Notes under the pieces: generated by a model
Databases searched by the model: none
The model's input: the letters and a program-made list of their open reading frames with translations, nothing else
Told to the model about the DNA's origin: nothing
Source of the DNA: Malacoraja senta
Taxonomy: Eukaryota
Assembly (NCBI GenBank): GCA_038087875.1
Contig: CM075977.1
Coordinates: forward strand, 224,192,001-224,256,000
DNA: 64,000 nucleotides
Direction of reading: 5' to 3'
In this document: one piece after another, positions 1 through 13,728 of the stretch
How positions within the stretch are numbered: position 1 is the stretch's first letter
Layout: each line of letters begins with the position of its first letter
Made by a program: the position numbers and the translations under genes

Positions 1-3000
1 AGCTCTGCAAAATTCCATAAGAGTAGGTCAAGCTTTGCCCTCTCCGTATAGGAGCCCTTTGCATATTGCCAGCTTTTGACCTAAAGAATTAACTCTTGCT
101 TTTTTTCTCAATGTTTCCATCGTTTTTCTGTTTTATTTCACATTTCCATCTGTATGTTTTGATTTTTTTTGAGGTGTTGCTGGGGCACCTGACTTAAAGC
201 CATGTCAAGCAGGTATGTCATAAGGAGTGTAGGAGCCATTCTTGCTTAGGCTAGTTACAGTTAGCATATTTTATTATTTTGTCTCGATATTTCTTGCAGA
301 ATTATTTTGAACGCTTGGGCGTGGGCTTTTGATACGTAGATTAGTGCTACAATATAGCGTAGCCACAGGGAGTGGTCAGATCAACTGCAGCCGGCACGGG
401 AGAAGGAATACAGTTTTTACTAGTTCAGATAGTAAGAACGGAAAGCTACGATTTGTATAAGGATAAACAGGATCTGGTATGTTTACTTCTTTGTCTGCAC
501 AAATACTTCAATAAAAAATCAAAGAAACTGGAAAGAACGACTGAAAGATTCGTTTTTGCTTTCGGCTGCATACGATCAGTCCTCCCTGCCTGTGTAGTAA
601 TGGCAATGGAAAGCCGAAGCTTGGAATAGTTTGAAATTGACATTACAAGGAGTAATGAGATTTGAGTGGTATTAGATGGGGAATTGCAGAGATTAGGACA
701 TGGTCAACTAAGAGCAAAGCCACTAATGATGGGTTCATTAAATTGATGAATGATGAGAGGCCAGAATTAAAGGAGTGCAAAGATTATAAAGGTGAATGAT
801 TGGATGGCTCTAATCAGAGGAACGTGAATACCACGTATACATAATAACGAGATCAAATATATGTTTAGATACCAAGGTGATCGTGGGATACAGAATCAGT
901 AAGGAAAATAGATGGGCAGAAGCTTGGCAATGGCCTTTTAAATGGTAGAGCTTTTTGAAGAAACACTGTAGATGAGTCCAACACTGTTAAGTGTATTGTC
1001 TTTTCCTGTTGAGTTCACTGACGTTCAAAATGCTCAATCTTTTTGGCACATTGCCTCTGTAAATCTGGCAAGGGTTTGCTAGAAAGATTGAAAGTCGCCT
1101 GGGAGATGAACATGCCAGATCGTGGATTTGCACAGGAACCTCTGTAAACCTTGTAAGGAGTGGAGCCTCTGAGCATCCATTAGAATAACAAGGAAAACAG
1201 CTGGGTTTGGAGACTGTTTATATCAAGAATTCCCATGTCCCTGGCTTAACAGCAGATCAAGCCACGATGGATGGCTGTCAAAACAACAGCAATAACACCA
1301 GCCTGGAGGCAGAGCTAATTGGGGATTTGGACATTGAGGATAAAGTGGAATATTCATTTGTGCTAGCCAATTATATGAGGTTGTTCGGTTTACTCTTAAA
1401 TTATTTTGATGGAGATAGAGCAACTGCAGCACGGGATTTTTCAGCAGGTTTGGACTGGAACTGAACCAAGATGGGCATTTGCAGCTAATGCATCTACCCA
1501 AAACTCCTACGGGTTCCAGCAGGGTTAACAATAGAATTCAACATGAACCATTGTGACTTCTGGACTCAGATGAGCTTCTAATGATTTTTAACCCCATAAT
1601 TAACTCAGTCCACCATGGCTCATTTTATAAATCCCCACTTCACTCTCATTTCTAGGGTTATAACAGAGTGATCGTAACAGAGAAATTAGAATGAAGTAAA
1701 AACAACGGACTCTTTATTACACTGGTGTTCACTTATCATTGATGGAATAGAAACACTATCTTTGTTCACAAAAATAAAGAGCATTTTTATTGAGTGCATC
1801 GTGACTAAAAGTACTTTTTTGTATTTGAATCTTTAACATAACAAAACAATACAATGAGCATCATGTATGGCACCCCAGAAGGAGACAGATACAAGAACAG
1901 GTAACCACAAGCCTGGTTGAAGAAGCATGGTTCAGTTTTAGACCATGACAAAATGTAGGCCAAATGTGGGCTTAACATCACACCACAAACTCCCTGACAT
2001 GTTCCGTTGTTGTTTTCAACAATCATCAGTCAAATTCAGGATGTGAGCACTGTTGTTGTGCCATTAAATATAGAAAATAGTCACTCGAGATATTTACTTA
2101 TCTGATGAACTCTGGCCTTCCTTTAGTTTGCTTTTAAATGTTATCTTATTCTGTAGATTATGATAGCATTTCTGAATACAATAACTGCTGTCACAAACTT
2201 TAGTTTTAATGGTTTAATGCTTGGGAATGGGAAACTAAAGTTTCAGAAGCTTGCATTAAACAGTAACATATTAGTGAAAACTCACTGCACTTTGCTTCCA
2301 AAATTTCATCTAATGAAAGTGAATGGATTTCTTTAATATCAATGGGACAAACCACTAACGATGATTCATTTACTTTAAAACTACATTGCATAATTTTGAA
2401 TCAGGCTTGCTCACTTTTTGCTGACTCAAGCATATAATGAAACAAGCATATTGGCACGTAACAAATGTACATACTGTGGGCTGTTTTCTCAGATAGTGCT
2501 TTACTTGTTTAGAGCCTTAATATAGTTGGATATTTTTCAAATGGTTAAGTACACTGAATGCAAAATTATTTGCATGCTTAAACAGCATATTTGGATTGAT
2601 ATAATTTATACACTCATTCATGTCAATATTTGTACATGTTTTATGCCTTGGAGAAATAAATATATCTCCTTCTGTAAACTTACCATGCCTCTTATTGTTA
2701 AGTTAAAATCTCCAAGATATGTATGGTTAAAAAGATTTTTAAACTCAGACAATAATTAAACAAGCTCAATGCTTTTTAAAAGACTTTTAAAAGTCTTTAC
2801 TTTTGGGTACCGACCAAATGTCATCACTTTTGGGTATATCAGTAGGTACAAAGTGTGCTGTTTCTGCTGCGTGTAATCCACAATACACCAGATGTTAAGA
2901 TGATCAGTAAGGTGCCTTATGCTTGTCATTCATTATTTCCTCCAGTGAGCTCCCCAGCACCATACAGAAGGCTGCTCAACGCACCGGCTTTTCAACTGGA

Positions 3001-5689
3001 AACTGGCCCAACAACCAAATTCCACTGCTTTTCTGGATCAAGGTGACTTGATTCTTTCAAATTAATCAAACCGTTATTTAAGTAACATACTCCTTTTAAA
3101 AATATGCCACAGCAGATTTCATTAATTACTCATTTTTGTGAAAAGGTACATGTATTGCAGAACAAGCCAGAAAGACTAGAGAAAGTAGAGATTAAGAGGG
3201 CTACGGAGCATGTGGAGATTGCAAGGGAAAATAGAGATCAGGGTTCGGGGAGGTCAGAAGAATGGCGATCGGGAGAGATGAGGAATGAATGGAGGTTGGA
3301 GAGGAGAAGCTTGAGGCCAGAGGGTTAGAAAATAATATAGGTCAGGAGTGCTAGCAAATGTCCACTCTCATAACACTGGGAAAAAACCTCATAATTAAAT
3401 GTGAAGTGTGTCTACAAACTGCAGTTCACTAACTGGGAAATGCTTGCGAATGACCATCAAAAAGCTGTAAGTGCTTCTAAAACTAGCCTGTAGCTCCAGG
3501 CCATCTTGCAAAGAGCTCAAGTTACATGAGATTCTTGAACGGGGTTCCAAGCTTCATTCTGAGCTAGATCATGGTTATAAAATGAAGGGACACATGCACT
3601 GATGGGGAATTGGCAGCAGCAGATTGACTGCTCCACATACAATCTATTGTGTGGCTGTTTCAGTGCTGCTCAGGAAATATCATACAGCTAACTTGCATGT
3701 GATAGTGAGGCCCATGGAATGACACAATCAGAGCATGGTTTTAAACTAGTTTAAATGAGTTGGCCTCGCAATGTCTGCCGAGCCAGCTGCCGGCTTTATT
3801 CCAAGTGACGTAAACCTTCCCTTCAGTGTCCAGAGGCATCATTCCTGAATTTCAATATTGGTAATCTGATGTCAATGGGACAATCTCACTGTGTGAAATA
3901 GCTGAAACTGGATTGGCTGCCAGTTGTAAATCAGTCCATCTCCCAGGTCATTGGATACATGTACTGTGGAATTATTTTAGACATTAAGCACACAAAAGCT
4001 GATTTTATTCACATTAGTTGAGACTAGTTATTATTTCTGGGTGAAATCATGCCAACTGTGAAAGTAGATTAGGTATTTCTAGTTGCAATCCATGTTAGAG
4101 AGCCTGAGCATTTCCTAGCATCATGTCCATGCCCCATGCTCCCATTATTTATGCAAAACCAATTGCTCCATGTTCAGATAAAAATTAGAGCTAAGAGCTC
4201 TCAGCAGATATTGGAGCACATTTCAAAATTAGCTGCACACTGCTGTGTCACGTAATGATTTCAGCTACTTTGATTTTAGTGACGAACAGGTGCTATATTG
4301 GGCATTGGGATATGCCAACAATGCCTTCTTCACATAAGTACCACTGACTACTCTTTCTACGCAGATGGACCCAGATCTTTTCATAAACAAGGTTTCCAAT
4401 CAACATGTGCCTTGCTGTGGATCAGAAGAAGAATTTCCTCAGTGTGAAAGTTATACTTCCAGGAATTACTCAATTTCTTCATCATCAGGAAGTCCACTTT
4501 GCCAGATGATTTCAGTGACCAGCATTGCAGAGAGAGACAGACCTGGGATCAAGATCTGACCTTTGTTATCCAGGCCCCTGTCACAGTTCCCAATCCCTTG
4601 AGGGTAGCTGAGCGAACTGTCACAAAAGCCAATGCGAACACATGTATCATGAAGGAAAATGCACTTGACCATCTAAAAATCAGATTCCAGTGCCTGCAGC
4701 AGTCTCGTTAACAACAAGCAACAGAAATGTCATGTGTGCAGCTTGCTATGTAACCCAGCCAATTGAAGACATTAGCTGTTCTGGAGGAAGAGGTACATAC
4801 AGACTTGGGATGTGGCCTGAGGTACAGCTTGAAGCATCGCTGGAACAAGAGGATCTGTAGGATATGGAAGGCTACAACAGGGAAGACCAACTTGCACACT
4901 AGCAGCCTCATCTAGCAGAGTGGAGGAGGAAGGCATTGTCTGAAGAAGGGTCTCGACCCGAATCATCACCTATCCATGTTCTCCAGAGATGCTGCGTGAC
5001 CTGCTGAGTTACTCTAGCACTTTGCATCCTTGCGGTAATGTCTGGTGTAAGGGACACTCTCACAGAGAGATGCTGTGCATAGGACCATGCTCAATTACAG
5101 TCCCCACTTGAAAACCAAGTGACCTCCACTTTACAATTATTAACAACACAGTAGTCATTAAATAACCAATAGAGTCCAGATGACACAGTTTCCAAATACC
5201 CAAAAGCGGTCATCCATCTGCACTGAATATAAGATATTAAGAAATTATCCCTAATTGTATACTTTGAATGGCTTCTTAGAAAATCACTTGTTCCTGATGA
5301 GTAACACCTAGTTTACAGAACTCTGGCTTGGACAAAATCTAAATCTCATCTAAAATCTTGATCATTTTGAACGGTTGCTCAATATTGATGTTGGTTGGTT
5401 AATATTGTAGGGTAATACACATTACAATATATTGATCAAATTGTCATTCAATCGACAGACATACCAGTTAATTAAATCCATAATCATTTAGCAACAAGAA
5501 ATTCTTCATGAGATTCCAACTCAGTTGACCATTTCGAGATACACAATGTACACATAGCATGTACACATTGTTGAACTCTGCAGTCAAACCCACAGTTTCA
5601 TTTAGCTCACAATTAGTTCTTTCTTGTGAAGCAATCTGTTTTCACACCTATAATTACAATCTCCCAAAATACTCTTGCTAACATGCCTC

Positions 5690-5910
5690 TATTGCCAGCT
5701 CCAATGCAATTCCAACATCAGTCACATCTTCCCTTCTTTCCCACTCTCTTTATACTTTCCGCAGTGAGCACTCTCTCTGCAATTCTCTGGACCGCTCATA
5801 CCTCCTCATCCATCACTTCCCATCCCATGGCACTTTCCCCAGTAACCAATGGAGCTGTAATACTTGCCCCTTTACTTCCCCCCACCCTATATAAAGCTGA
5901 GGGTTTCCAA
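5690..5910 (+). mobile_element. Old Penelope-like ORF fragment (RT-EN linker)
   Basis: Degenerate match to the reverse complement of 56310-56500 (HIFPS...FR...SL...GTFPC). Confidence 0.6.
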
Positions 5911-8900
5911 TAGTTCGTACCAAACCACTGAGATCAAAACTTTGCTGTGATCTGATATATTTACTGGTTCTTCAACTTCAGCATTTGAGGTACGGAAAGA
6001 AGGAAGGAAGGTTCAAATTAAGGTTGGAAATTGCCATGAAACCTAGCAAGGTTGGATTCACTTTAATGGCAGGGCTTCACTATCCTCTTATATAAGAGTC
6101 TAGGCCACTTGCTTGTCAGAAAAAACAGTCACACCTGGATTCCTTGGCAATGATTCACATCAGCTTGGAGGGGAGAGCTCAACTGCAATTGCAGCATGGA
6201 AGGGCTTCAGGTGTAGAAAGCGAATCAAAGAAACTAGGAATTGAGAAGCTATTGATGCTGAGATTGGAGGTATGTCAAGACTCTGGTGAGGGGAAACAGA
6301 GTCTGGGATTGAGGGAACTCTTAAAGCCATGAAGTAAGGGCCATGAGATTTGAGAGAAAGAGAAATAAAGAATATTGTAATTATTGAGCCTGGAGAGAGC
6401 ATAGAATTGTGCAGAAACGGGATTGGAACCATTGAGGCTGAATAATTTGAGGCATACAGAGGCTGGAGAGAGGGAAGAAATGGAGAGAAAGATAGAGAAG
6501 CTGAGGAAGAGTGGCCTCAGGACTGGAAGGAAAGAATGGTTATGATTGCCAATGGGTGGTTCAAGGGCTTCGTTAATGAGCTGCAGAGGAAAAATCCACC
6601 TATTCCAAACCTACAAGGAATGCTTTAAAACCTTTTGATCCGTGCTGGTTTCCAGATCCTGTCTTAAATTGAAATCATGTCCTCTATTAACCTAGTCATC
6701 TGGAATATTATTCTAACAACAAAACCGCCTTCATGCAGCTGCATGGCAGGGAACCTGCAAGGAAGCGGGTTCCAGAACTGCAGTGGCATGGCAAATCAGC
6801 AAATCTTTAGTTCTAAATTTAGCCAATCACGGAAAATTCTCTATTTGTGGCTTGTGATAGAATCTTAACACTTCCAAGAGAGAATATTTTGGATAAAATT
6901 TGTGGCTAATATTTTATCGCAATTCAGCCTTATTTAGAATAACCCACAAAATGTTATATACGTTATCTAATGAGTCAGATAGACTTCTGCCAAGGCGTAA
7001 AGGTGTTTGTGGACATAGGTCCTTGTCTTCAGTGGGATTATTTAGTTTTAGTATAAAGAGATTCTGTGAGAATGCAAATGAGAAATGTATTGAGCCACAG
7101 ATTTTTTTCTGGAGCGTTAATCTGCCGATTATCATAAATGCAGTTTTTTGGTGTATGCAGAATGAGAATATTAAAAAAATGGCAACAGCAAGCGGAAGGC
7201 CAATCGGCTCGTCTTGCCTGCTCTACCATTTAATAATATTATGGCTTATCTTTCAGCAACTAAACCTCCACAGCTATTTCAGGTGGAGGATTCGAAAGAT
7301 TCACAAACCTCTGAGTGAAGACATTTCTTCTTCTCTCTATCCTGTACTGCTGGATCTTTATTTTTAAACTGTAGCCCCTGGTACTGGACAAAAATCAACT
7401 CTGTATCGAACCTGTCAACCCCTTTAATGATATACCATGTTTCAATGAGACCACCTCTCATTCTATCAAACTCTAAGGATTAAAAACCTGTCTGCTTAAC
7501 CTCTCCCCTTAATTCAGAGATTGATTTGGTGAACCTTCTTGGCACTCCCTCTTTTGCAACTGTCACCTTCTTAGTTAGGGAGATTAAGCTTTTACACAAT
7601 ATTCCAGGTGTGGCTTCATATAATTGTAGCAAGACATCGTTAAAGTTATATTCAGGTCCTCTTGCGCTAAACATGCCTTTTGCTGACCTAAGTGCTAATC
7701 TATGTTTTTTTTTTACTAAACAGGAAACGTACAGAGTATTTTTTAATTATTTGGATTTGTGTACAGCATGGGGAATTTATGTATTCTTCTTAAAATGCCG
7801 AGTGTTTCACAGATTTTATGTGTATACAAATAGAAGGAATACAAACAGTAATGGAGCCATTCTGTGTTAACAGCTTCTCCACCAGCAAAAAGTCAAAATT
7901 GCCATAAATCTGTGCAAACATGAAAGCTATATTGGAAATATGTATTTGTATATGGCGTCATTGTGAATAATTAAGTAATTCATCATTGCCCCCTAGTTAC
8001 TGGTTGCGAATGGTAGAAGCCTGGTCCCGTCTCTCTGAGACATGGCAAAAGATATAAAAGAATAAGCAAGATAAGTAAGGGAAGAATAAGATTATCCTGA
8101 ATAATGTTTCGAACTTATCGTGATGCAGGATTTTTACAATGCATTAAAGATTAGCAATAATGTATTTTTGAACCTGCAAATACTAAAAAGAAAAATGTGC
8201 TGCAATTTAATATGCAAGTATTTATGGTGTCATAGAAACATAGAAAATAGGTGCAGGAGTAGGCCATTCGGTCCTTCGAGCCTGCACCGCCATTTGATAT
8301 GATCATGGCTGATCATCCAACTCAGTATCCCATCCCTGCCTTCTCTCCATACCCCCTGATCCCTTTAGCCACATCTAACTCCCTCTTAAATATAGCCAAT
8401 GAACTGGCCTCAACTACCTTCTGTGGCAGAGAATTCCACAGATTCACCACTCTGTCATGGTAGCTGTGTGCAGTCAATCTTTTAGCAAAATAGAACCTCG
8501 GTAAGAATATCCTTTGAAATCTGCGTGTATGCAATTTGAACACCACACTAAATCCATCTTAAAGAAAAATGTTAAGGAAACTTATAAAAAAGATCAGGTC
8601 TTGCTTATGAACTTATTCATGATTAAATAACACAAATCTCTGACTGTTACAGGTGCTCGGGGTTTTTAAGTTAGACAAACACAATTACATGTGCTTATTA
8701 TCCACAGAGGAAGTACTGCAGTGAGTGAAAGTTCCTACAGTTATTCTTTCGCAAATCAAATTAGGTCCCAAGAACAAGCAGACTAGTCTCCTCTCACTAT
8801 GTCAACATAATGCTTGCCTAAAAACAGGACTGACTAGTCATACTGGTTATTATGTGATCTTTACCAAACGATGCATCAACAGAATATTAGCTTATGCTAT

Positions 8901-9121
8901 CTGTCATTTTCACAAACCTAGCTACAAGATATCTTCTGACCGACTTAAGTTAAAAAAAAATGTTGAATCTTAGCTGTATCTAACGAAGCCTTAAGGGCCT
9001 GTCCCACTTACGTGTCCTTGGCACGCAAATTACACAACCTCGTGGTCGTGTTGAGGTGCACGGGCATCGTATGGCCGCGCGGGGCTGGTCCCACTGAGAA
9101 GTGCGGAGGGGTATGTAGTGG

Positions 9122-10591
9122 ATGGTCACAAGGCCTTATAATTTTACCAGGGAACAAGAGGGAGACCTGGTAGAATGGTATCAGGCCCACCAAGAATTCT
9201 ACGATAAGGCACATCGTAATTTCAGGAGCACGGATCTTCGCAACGCGATGCTTGAAGGCAAGGCGAAGGAGTTCTCTGGCTGCTCTTGTAAGTACATACT
9301 TTGTACTTTGTCTACATTTCTGTGGTTGTAATTGCAGTTCCAATTAAGATTACAATTTGCTCAACACTGATCTTCATTTATTCTATGTTTTCCCAGATGA
9401 CCAACTGTGTCAATGGCTCAAGAGCCAGAGGACACGGTTCGGGAGGCTGTCTCACAGTCTTGGTAAGTCTGGCTCAGCCAGTAAGCCACTGACTGACAGA
9501 GAGCAATGGATAGTGGAGAAATGGGGGTTCGTGCTGAACCACATAGTTCAAGTGGAGAGGAAGGAGAGCGGCAAGAAGGTGAATAGTTAAGAAAAATATG
9601 TAACAATTATAATTTGTTCGAAAGTGAGATAGTTAAAATGATATTTGACAATGATAACTTGGTGGTCACCTTGCTTGCTACGTCCTGATGGCCTTGAACA
9701 TTTCTGATACACATTTACTTTCTTCCAGTTTACCATGGGGAAATCCTCATGCGCTACCTCGAGTGAGGGCGAGACGGATCCCCCAGAGGGATCCTCTGGG
9801 TCCGGCACTGCGGACAAACAGGTGCACGCCAAACGGAAGCCGGCCTGCACAACTGTGGCAGAATGCGACGCGCCTGTTGAACAACTTCAGCGGGAGATGT
9901 TCGCGGATGTAAGTGCTTTTGGGTGAACCATCAGCAAATTTCTCATTTACTCCACCCTACGTTCATGTTTCTCCATCGCCTCCCAAAAAATACTTACCAG
10001 GATTGCACTCTCTTTATTGCAGATCATGCGACAGGCTAAGACTACTGCTGACACAATAAACGTCTTGTCGCACCCAAGGACGGTGCACGAAAGAAACGTT
10101 TACGCCTACACAACGTACTTGAGGGAGGAGATGTTGCAGATCCCTGAATCGCAATGGCCCAGCTACTCCTTGGAGGCCTTAGTCTTGGCAAGGACGCACA
10201 GATTTCTTCAGCCAGTAAAATCTTTTAATCAAAGTTTATTGGATTTATAAAACGTTTGACTTTAATGCTTTTTATGAATTACTCACTACGAATTCCTTAG
10301 TGTTGCAGAGTCCGATGAAGCACATGCCATTCATGCCACACCAACATATGGGGACGATGGCACCACAGCATGCTCACCAGGTACACTGTGAAACCTTTCT
10401 GAGTCTTTAGTCTGACTCAAGATTGTCTGTGACACACAGCTTGTGAAAGGTTGTGATTTGTTTTATATGATTTGTTTGGCTCCCATATATATTGATACGT
10501 TTATGTGTTTTACCCACAGGCAATGATGGGATCCCGGCCTATGGCACACCCATGGATGGCAGGCCCGCCCAACGTCAGGGCAACTAGCTGA
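9122..10591 (+). CDS. Harbinger accessory Myb/SANT-MADF-like DNA-binding protein, six predicted exons
   Basis: Exons 9122-9287, 9397-9578, 9729-9908, 10023-10214, 10309-10380 and 10520-10591 all have GT-AG introns and join in frame. N-terminus has MADF-like spacing (LVEWYQAHQEFYDK...QWLKSQRTRFGRL...LTDREQWIVEKWGF). AATAAA signals near 10843 and 10926. The true N- and C-termini are uncertain. Confidence 0.8.
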
Positions 10592-10782
10592 ACGCCACAT
10601 CATGCGGCATCCGGCATGGATAGGCTCGGATCAACAGAGTTCCCGGCGCGATTGGAGAGTCACGACACAAGTGCCAACTTGAGCCTGAATCTCTCCGACT
10701 ATTTGATTGAGGATTGCCCAGTGCAAATTGGCTGTAAAGAATGATGCTCTCTAACCAACATTCCCAATTCTGTTTACTTGTA

Positions 10783-10934
10783 TTGCACATTAAAGTTTTA
10801 TTTCCTGTTGTTTTTCAATACGTCATTTGTTTGCTTGCACTAAATAAACAATATTCTGTTGACTTGTGTTGCACATTAAAAATTTGTTTCTTGTTTTTCA
10901 ATACGTTATTTGTTTGCTTGCACTAAATAAACAA
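10783..10934 (+). repeat. Two-copy tandem repeat containing AATAAA, 3' of the MADF-like gene
   Basis: TTGCACATTAAA...TTTGTTTGCTTGCACTAAATAAACAA occurs twice with a period of about 85 bp. Confidence 0.75.
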
Positions 10935-11410
10935 ATTAATTCTTATAAAGTCATGGGTCTTTGTATTTATCGCAAATAACTTCACCTACAACTTGATTAT
11001 TAAACTTCAGTGTAACCTTTTTGTGTAGTGGAAAAAGCAGTTAATTAATTAAAAGCAGTTAGTTAATCATGGCATTGATCTCACATATGGAAACCATGTC
11101 TAATCATGGAATGCATCTCACATATAAAAGCCTCGATTTATTAGATAGATAAAACACACACAGACATTGAACTGCATTGAATTGCAAAATGTGTCATGAA
11201 ACGTCATATAAAGCAGACAAAGGCATTTAACCACTTTTAAAATTATGGCATTTCAAAGAAAGTCCGATGTGTGAGGTATTATTATTATCACAGTATTACT
11301 AATTTCACATACAAAAATCCTCCATTAACATACATAGATCCTCCTTTTATTATATCAGTTCCTGCAGTGGTTTTCCTCTGTTTGTGGTGTGGGATTTTTG
11401 CTGCTGATCT

Positions 11411-13697
11411 TCAGCACATGTCATTCTGCCAGGGTACTCTGCTTCGCTCGGAGTTGTAGTAAGCACAGAGATGGCCACCATCGGTGCAGCCTGTCTTGCA
11501 GCTCTCCATGAACTTGGTGTGACGTCTCCTGTCTGTTTGTCCACCGTGTCACCCTCCACCATGGCTGCTGCTGCACCTCTGGTGCGGATCAGGTTGTGGA
11601 GGACTCATGCCGCGTAGACAATGGTCTGCACATTCTCGGGCTCCTGCTCCATTGTAGTCAGCAGGAATCTGAATCTGCTAGCAAAGATACCAAAAGCATT
11701 TTCCACGACCCTCCTAGCCCTGGACAGCCTGTAATTAAAGATCCTTCGCTCCCTTGACATCCACCTGTGAGGGTATGGCTTCATCATCCATGGCCTGAGT
11801 GCGAAGGCATCATCACCAATCAGTGCGTAGGGGATGTCAGGTTTGTCTTCTCCTGGCAGAGGTACTGAATCAGGAAGGCCTGCTCTCCCTTCTTCCAGTG
11901 CTTGCCCAAGGGAGGTTTCTCTCCAGATCCCTCCATCTGCGGCACTGGCAGGTGTGCCCACATCCACAAACAGGAAGTTGTAGTTTGCATTCACCACAGC
12001 TAACAGTAGGTATGTTACAATACTTACCTTCAGCGGCGCTGCAATTCTGCCACTGGCCGTGTGCGCGATTTTGGCGCCTTTAAGGGGGGGGCGGGGTTAA
12101 AACGCGGGGTTCTCCTACCTTGTCCTGGTTAATATTTCGTTGGAGTGCAAGCGTTTGCTGAAAAATCGTTCCGACGGGCGTTTTGTGTATTTTTTATTTT
12201 TATTTGATCGACAATTTCAGCGCTGGAGTTATTTTAAAATCAGCTTCTGAAGCTGTCAATGCCGACAACGGGGACGGATTTCACAGGTAAACGAAAGCAG
12301 TTTATTTTTTTGTATAAAAGTGCTTCTTAAGAAGCCTTTAATTCACATTTTTTAATGCGAAACGGTAATTCTTTTCCCCGAACTAACGGCAGAATTTTTC
12401 ATGCCGATACGGGGTTAAATTCACCGCAAATCAACGTTCCAAATGATCGCGTTCCAGAAAACCCCATTCGCAAGATTATTTAAATGGCCATTAATTTACA
12501 GGTATTAAACATTAAATTCCTTCCATTTGGCCTGTAAATCCATGACAATGAGATTTAAAAATTATGTTATATTGTGAATTCTTGTGTGAATGTTATTTGG
12601 ACACTTAGGCTATTTAAAAATGTTAATCTATTCTTAAGAAATTGATAGATGTTTAGATCTAGTAATTGAATTTTGTAATTAGCTACAATTAGGTAACTAA
12701 CTAATTATATGCTTTAATTTCATGTCATCTAAGTAAGATTGTTTCATACTTGTTTCAGAATGCTTCAATCTATAATAACTGAAAATTTCTTTCAGTTCTC
12801 TTAATTTTTAAGAAAGTTATGGGCTTTTGACTGTCCTCGATCACAGCTTTTGTGTTAAATCAATGGAAAAGCAATAGGGAACAAGATGCTAATTTCCGAG
12901 TATGAAAATGGCCATAACTTTTTTAATACTGAAGATATGAAGTGAATTAGGTGTCAAATTAAACTTCTTTTTATGCTTCATCTGATGGGATAAATTACAG
13001 ACTTTATTTTTAAAATCTCAAAATTTTGTAACATTGCTACTAACAGCACGATGGAATGGACCTTCTTGGAGTTATACATAGAACTTCCCCTGGGTGGACA
13101 CTGGATGGCCACATGGTTCCCGTCAACTGCCCCACATGTGTGCAGGAAGTTCCATCTGGTTTGAAAGCCGTGCGCCACTCTCCTCCACTCGTCAGGTGTA
13201 CTAGGGCAGTCAATCATTTCTTCATGTGCATTGTTGATGACGTCACAGGTCTCTCGGACAACCTTGCTGATGGTGTTGTGAGCCACATGGAAGTTGTAGG
13301 AGAGGCTCTTGTAGGAATACCCTGATGCAAGGAAGCGGAGGTTGATGGCCAGGCGTAGGCCTGGTTCCACTGCCTTCCTCATGAAGGTGTCCGTTTTCTG
13401 CAGAAGAGGACCGACTCGTGTCTTTAGCTCCTGAAACAGGTCAGGGGGGATCCTGGTGAAGTTTCTAAAGGCAGCCTCATCTTCCCGCTGCAGATCCGTC
13501 ATCATGATCTCATACTGGCCCAAAGTGGGTCTCATCCGGAACAAAGAACTCATCCACACACACCTCTTCTTGGGTTTCTTGATAGCCTACCTTGTTGTAC
13601 TCCTGCCTAGATGATTTGTAAGCATGAGGGCTGCTGCTAACAGAAGTCTCTGTTGCTGTTGTAGCAATGCAATCTGTATCTCTTCCATAATGATCAT
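11411..13697 (-). pseudogene. Harbinger (HARBI1-like) DDE transposase pseudogene
   Basis: Motifs GAVDG, GDDAF, FNYRLSRARRVVENAFG and A[C]VLHN. In-frame stops at 13587-13589 and 11605-11607, a C-terminal frameshift near 11470, and a 1033-bp insertion splitting HSIVLL/AVVNANY. Confidence 0.93.
12007..13039. mobile_element. Non-autonomous DNA transposon nested in the Harbinger transposase, superfamily uncertain
   Basis: Ends TAGGTATGTTACAA and TTGTAACATTGCTA form a 12/14 inverted match. Flanked by the direct repeat CTAACAG (12000-12006, 13040-13046). Removing it restores the transposase frame. Confidence 0.9.
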
Positions 13698-13720
13698 GGA
13701 ATAGCAGCCAGCAACCCCCC

Positions 13721-13728
13721 TTTATATG
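13721..13728 (-). promoter_or_regulatory. TATA-like box of the transposase gene
   Basis: CATATAAA about 25 bp upstream of the transposase ATG (13697), in the CpG-rich subterminal region. Confidence 0.4.

Noticed and set aside
1-1700. Possible old L1- or L2-type LINE remnants and the short ORFs at 372-629 and 1207-1464
   Set aside because: Too degenerate to assign, with no diagnostic motif seen.
4940-4967. Functional hammerhead at this copy (also 52906-52931, 55834-55861, 34847-34870)
   Set aside because: Conserved core positions are mutated (GAAU for GAAA, loss of G12, CCGA for CUGA, or deletion).
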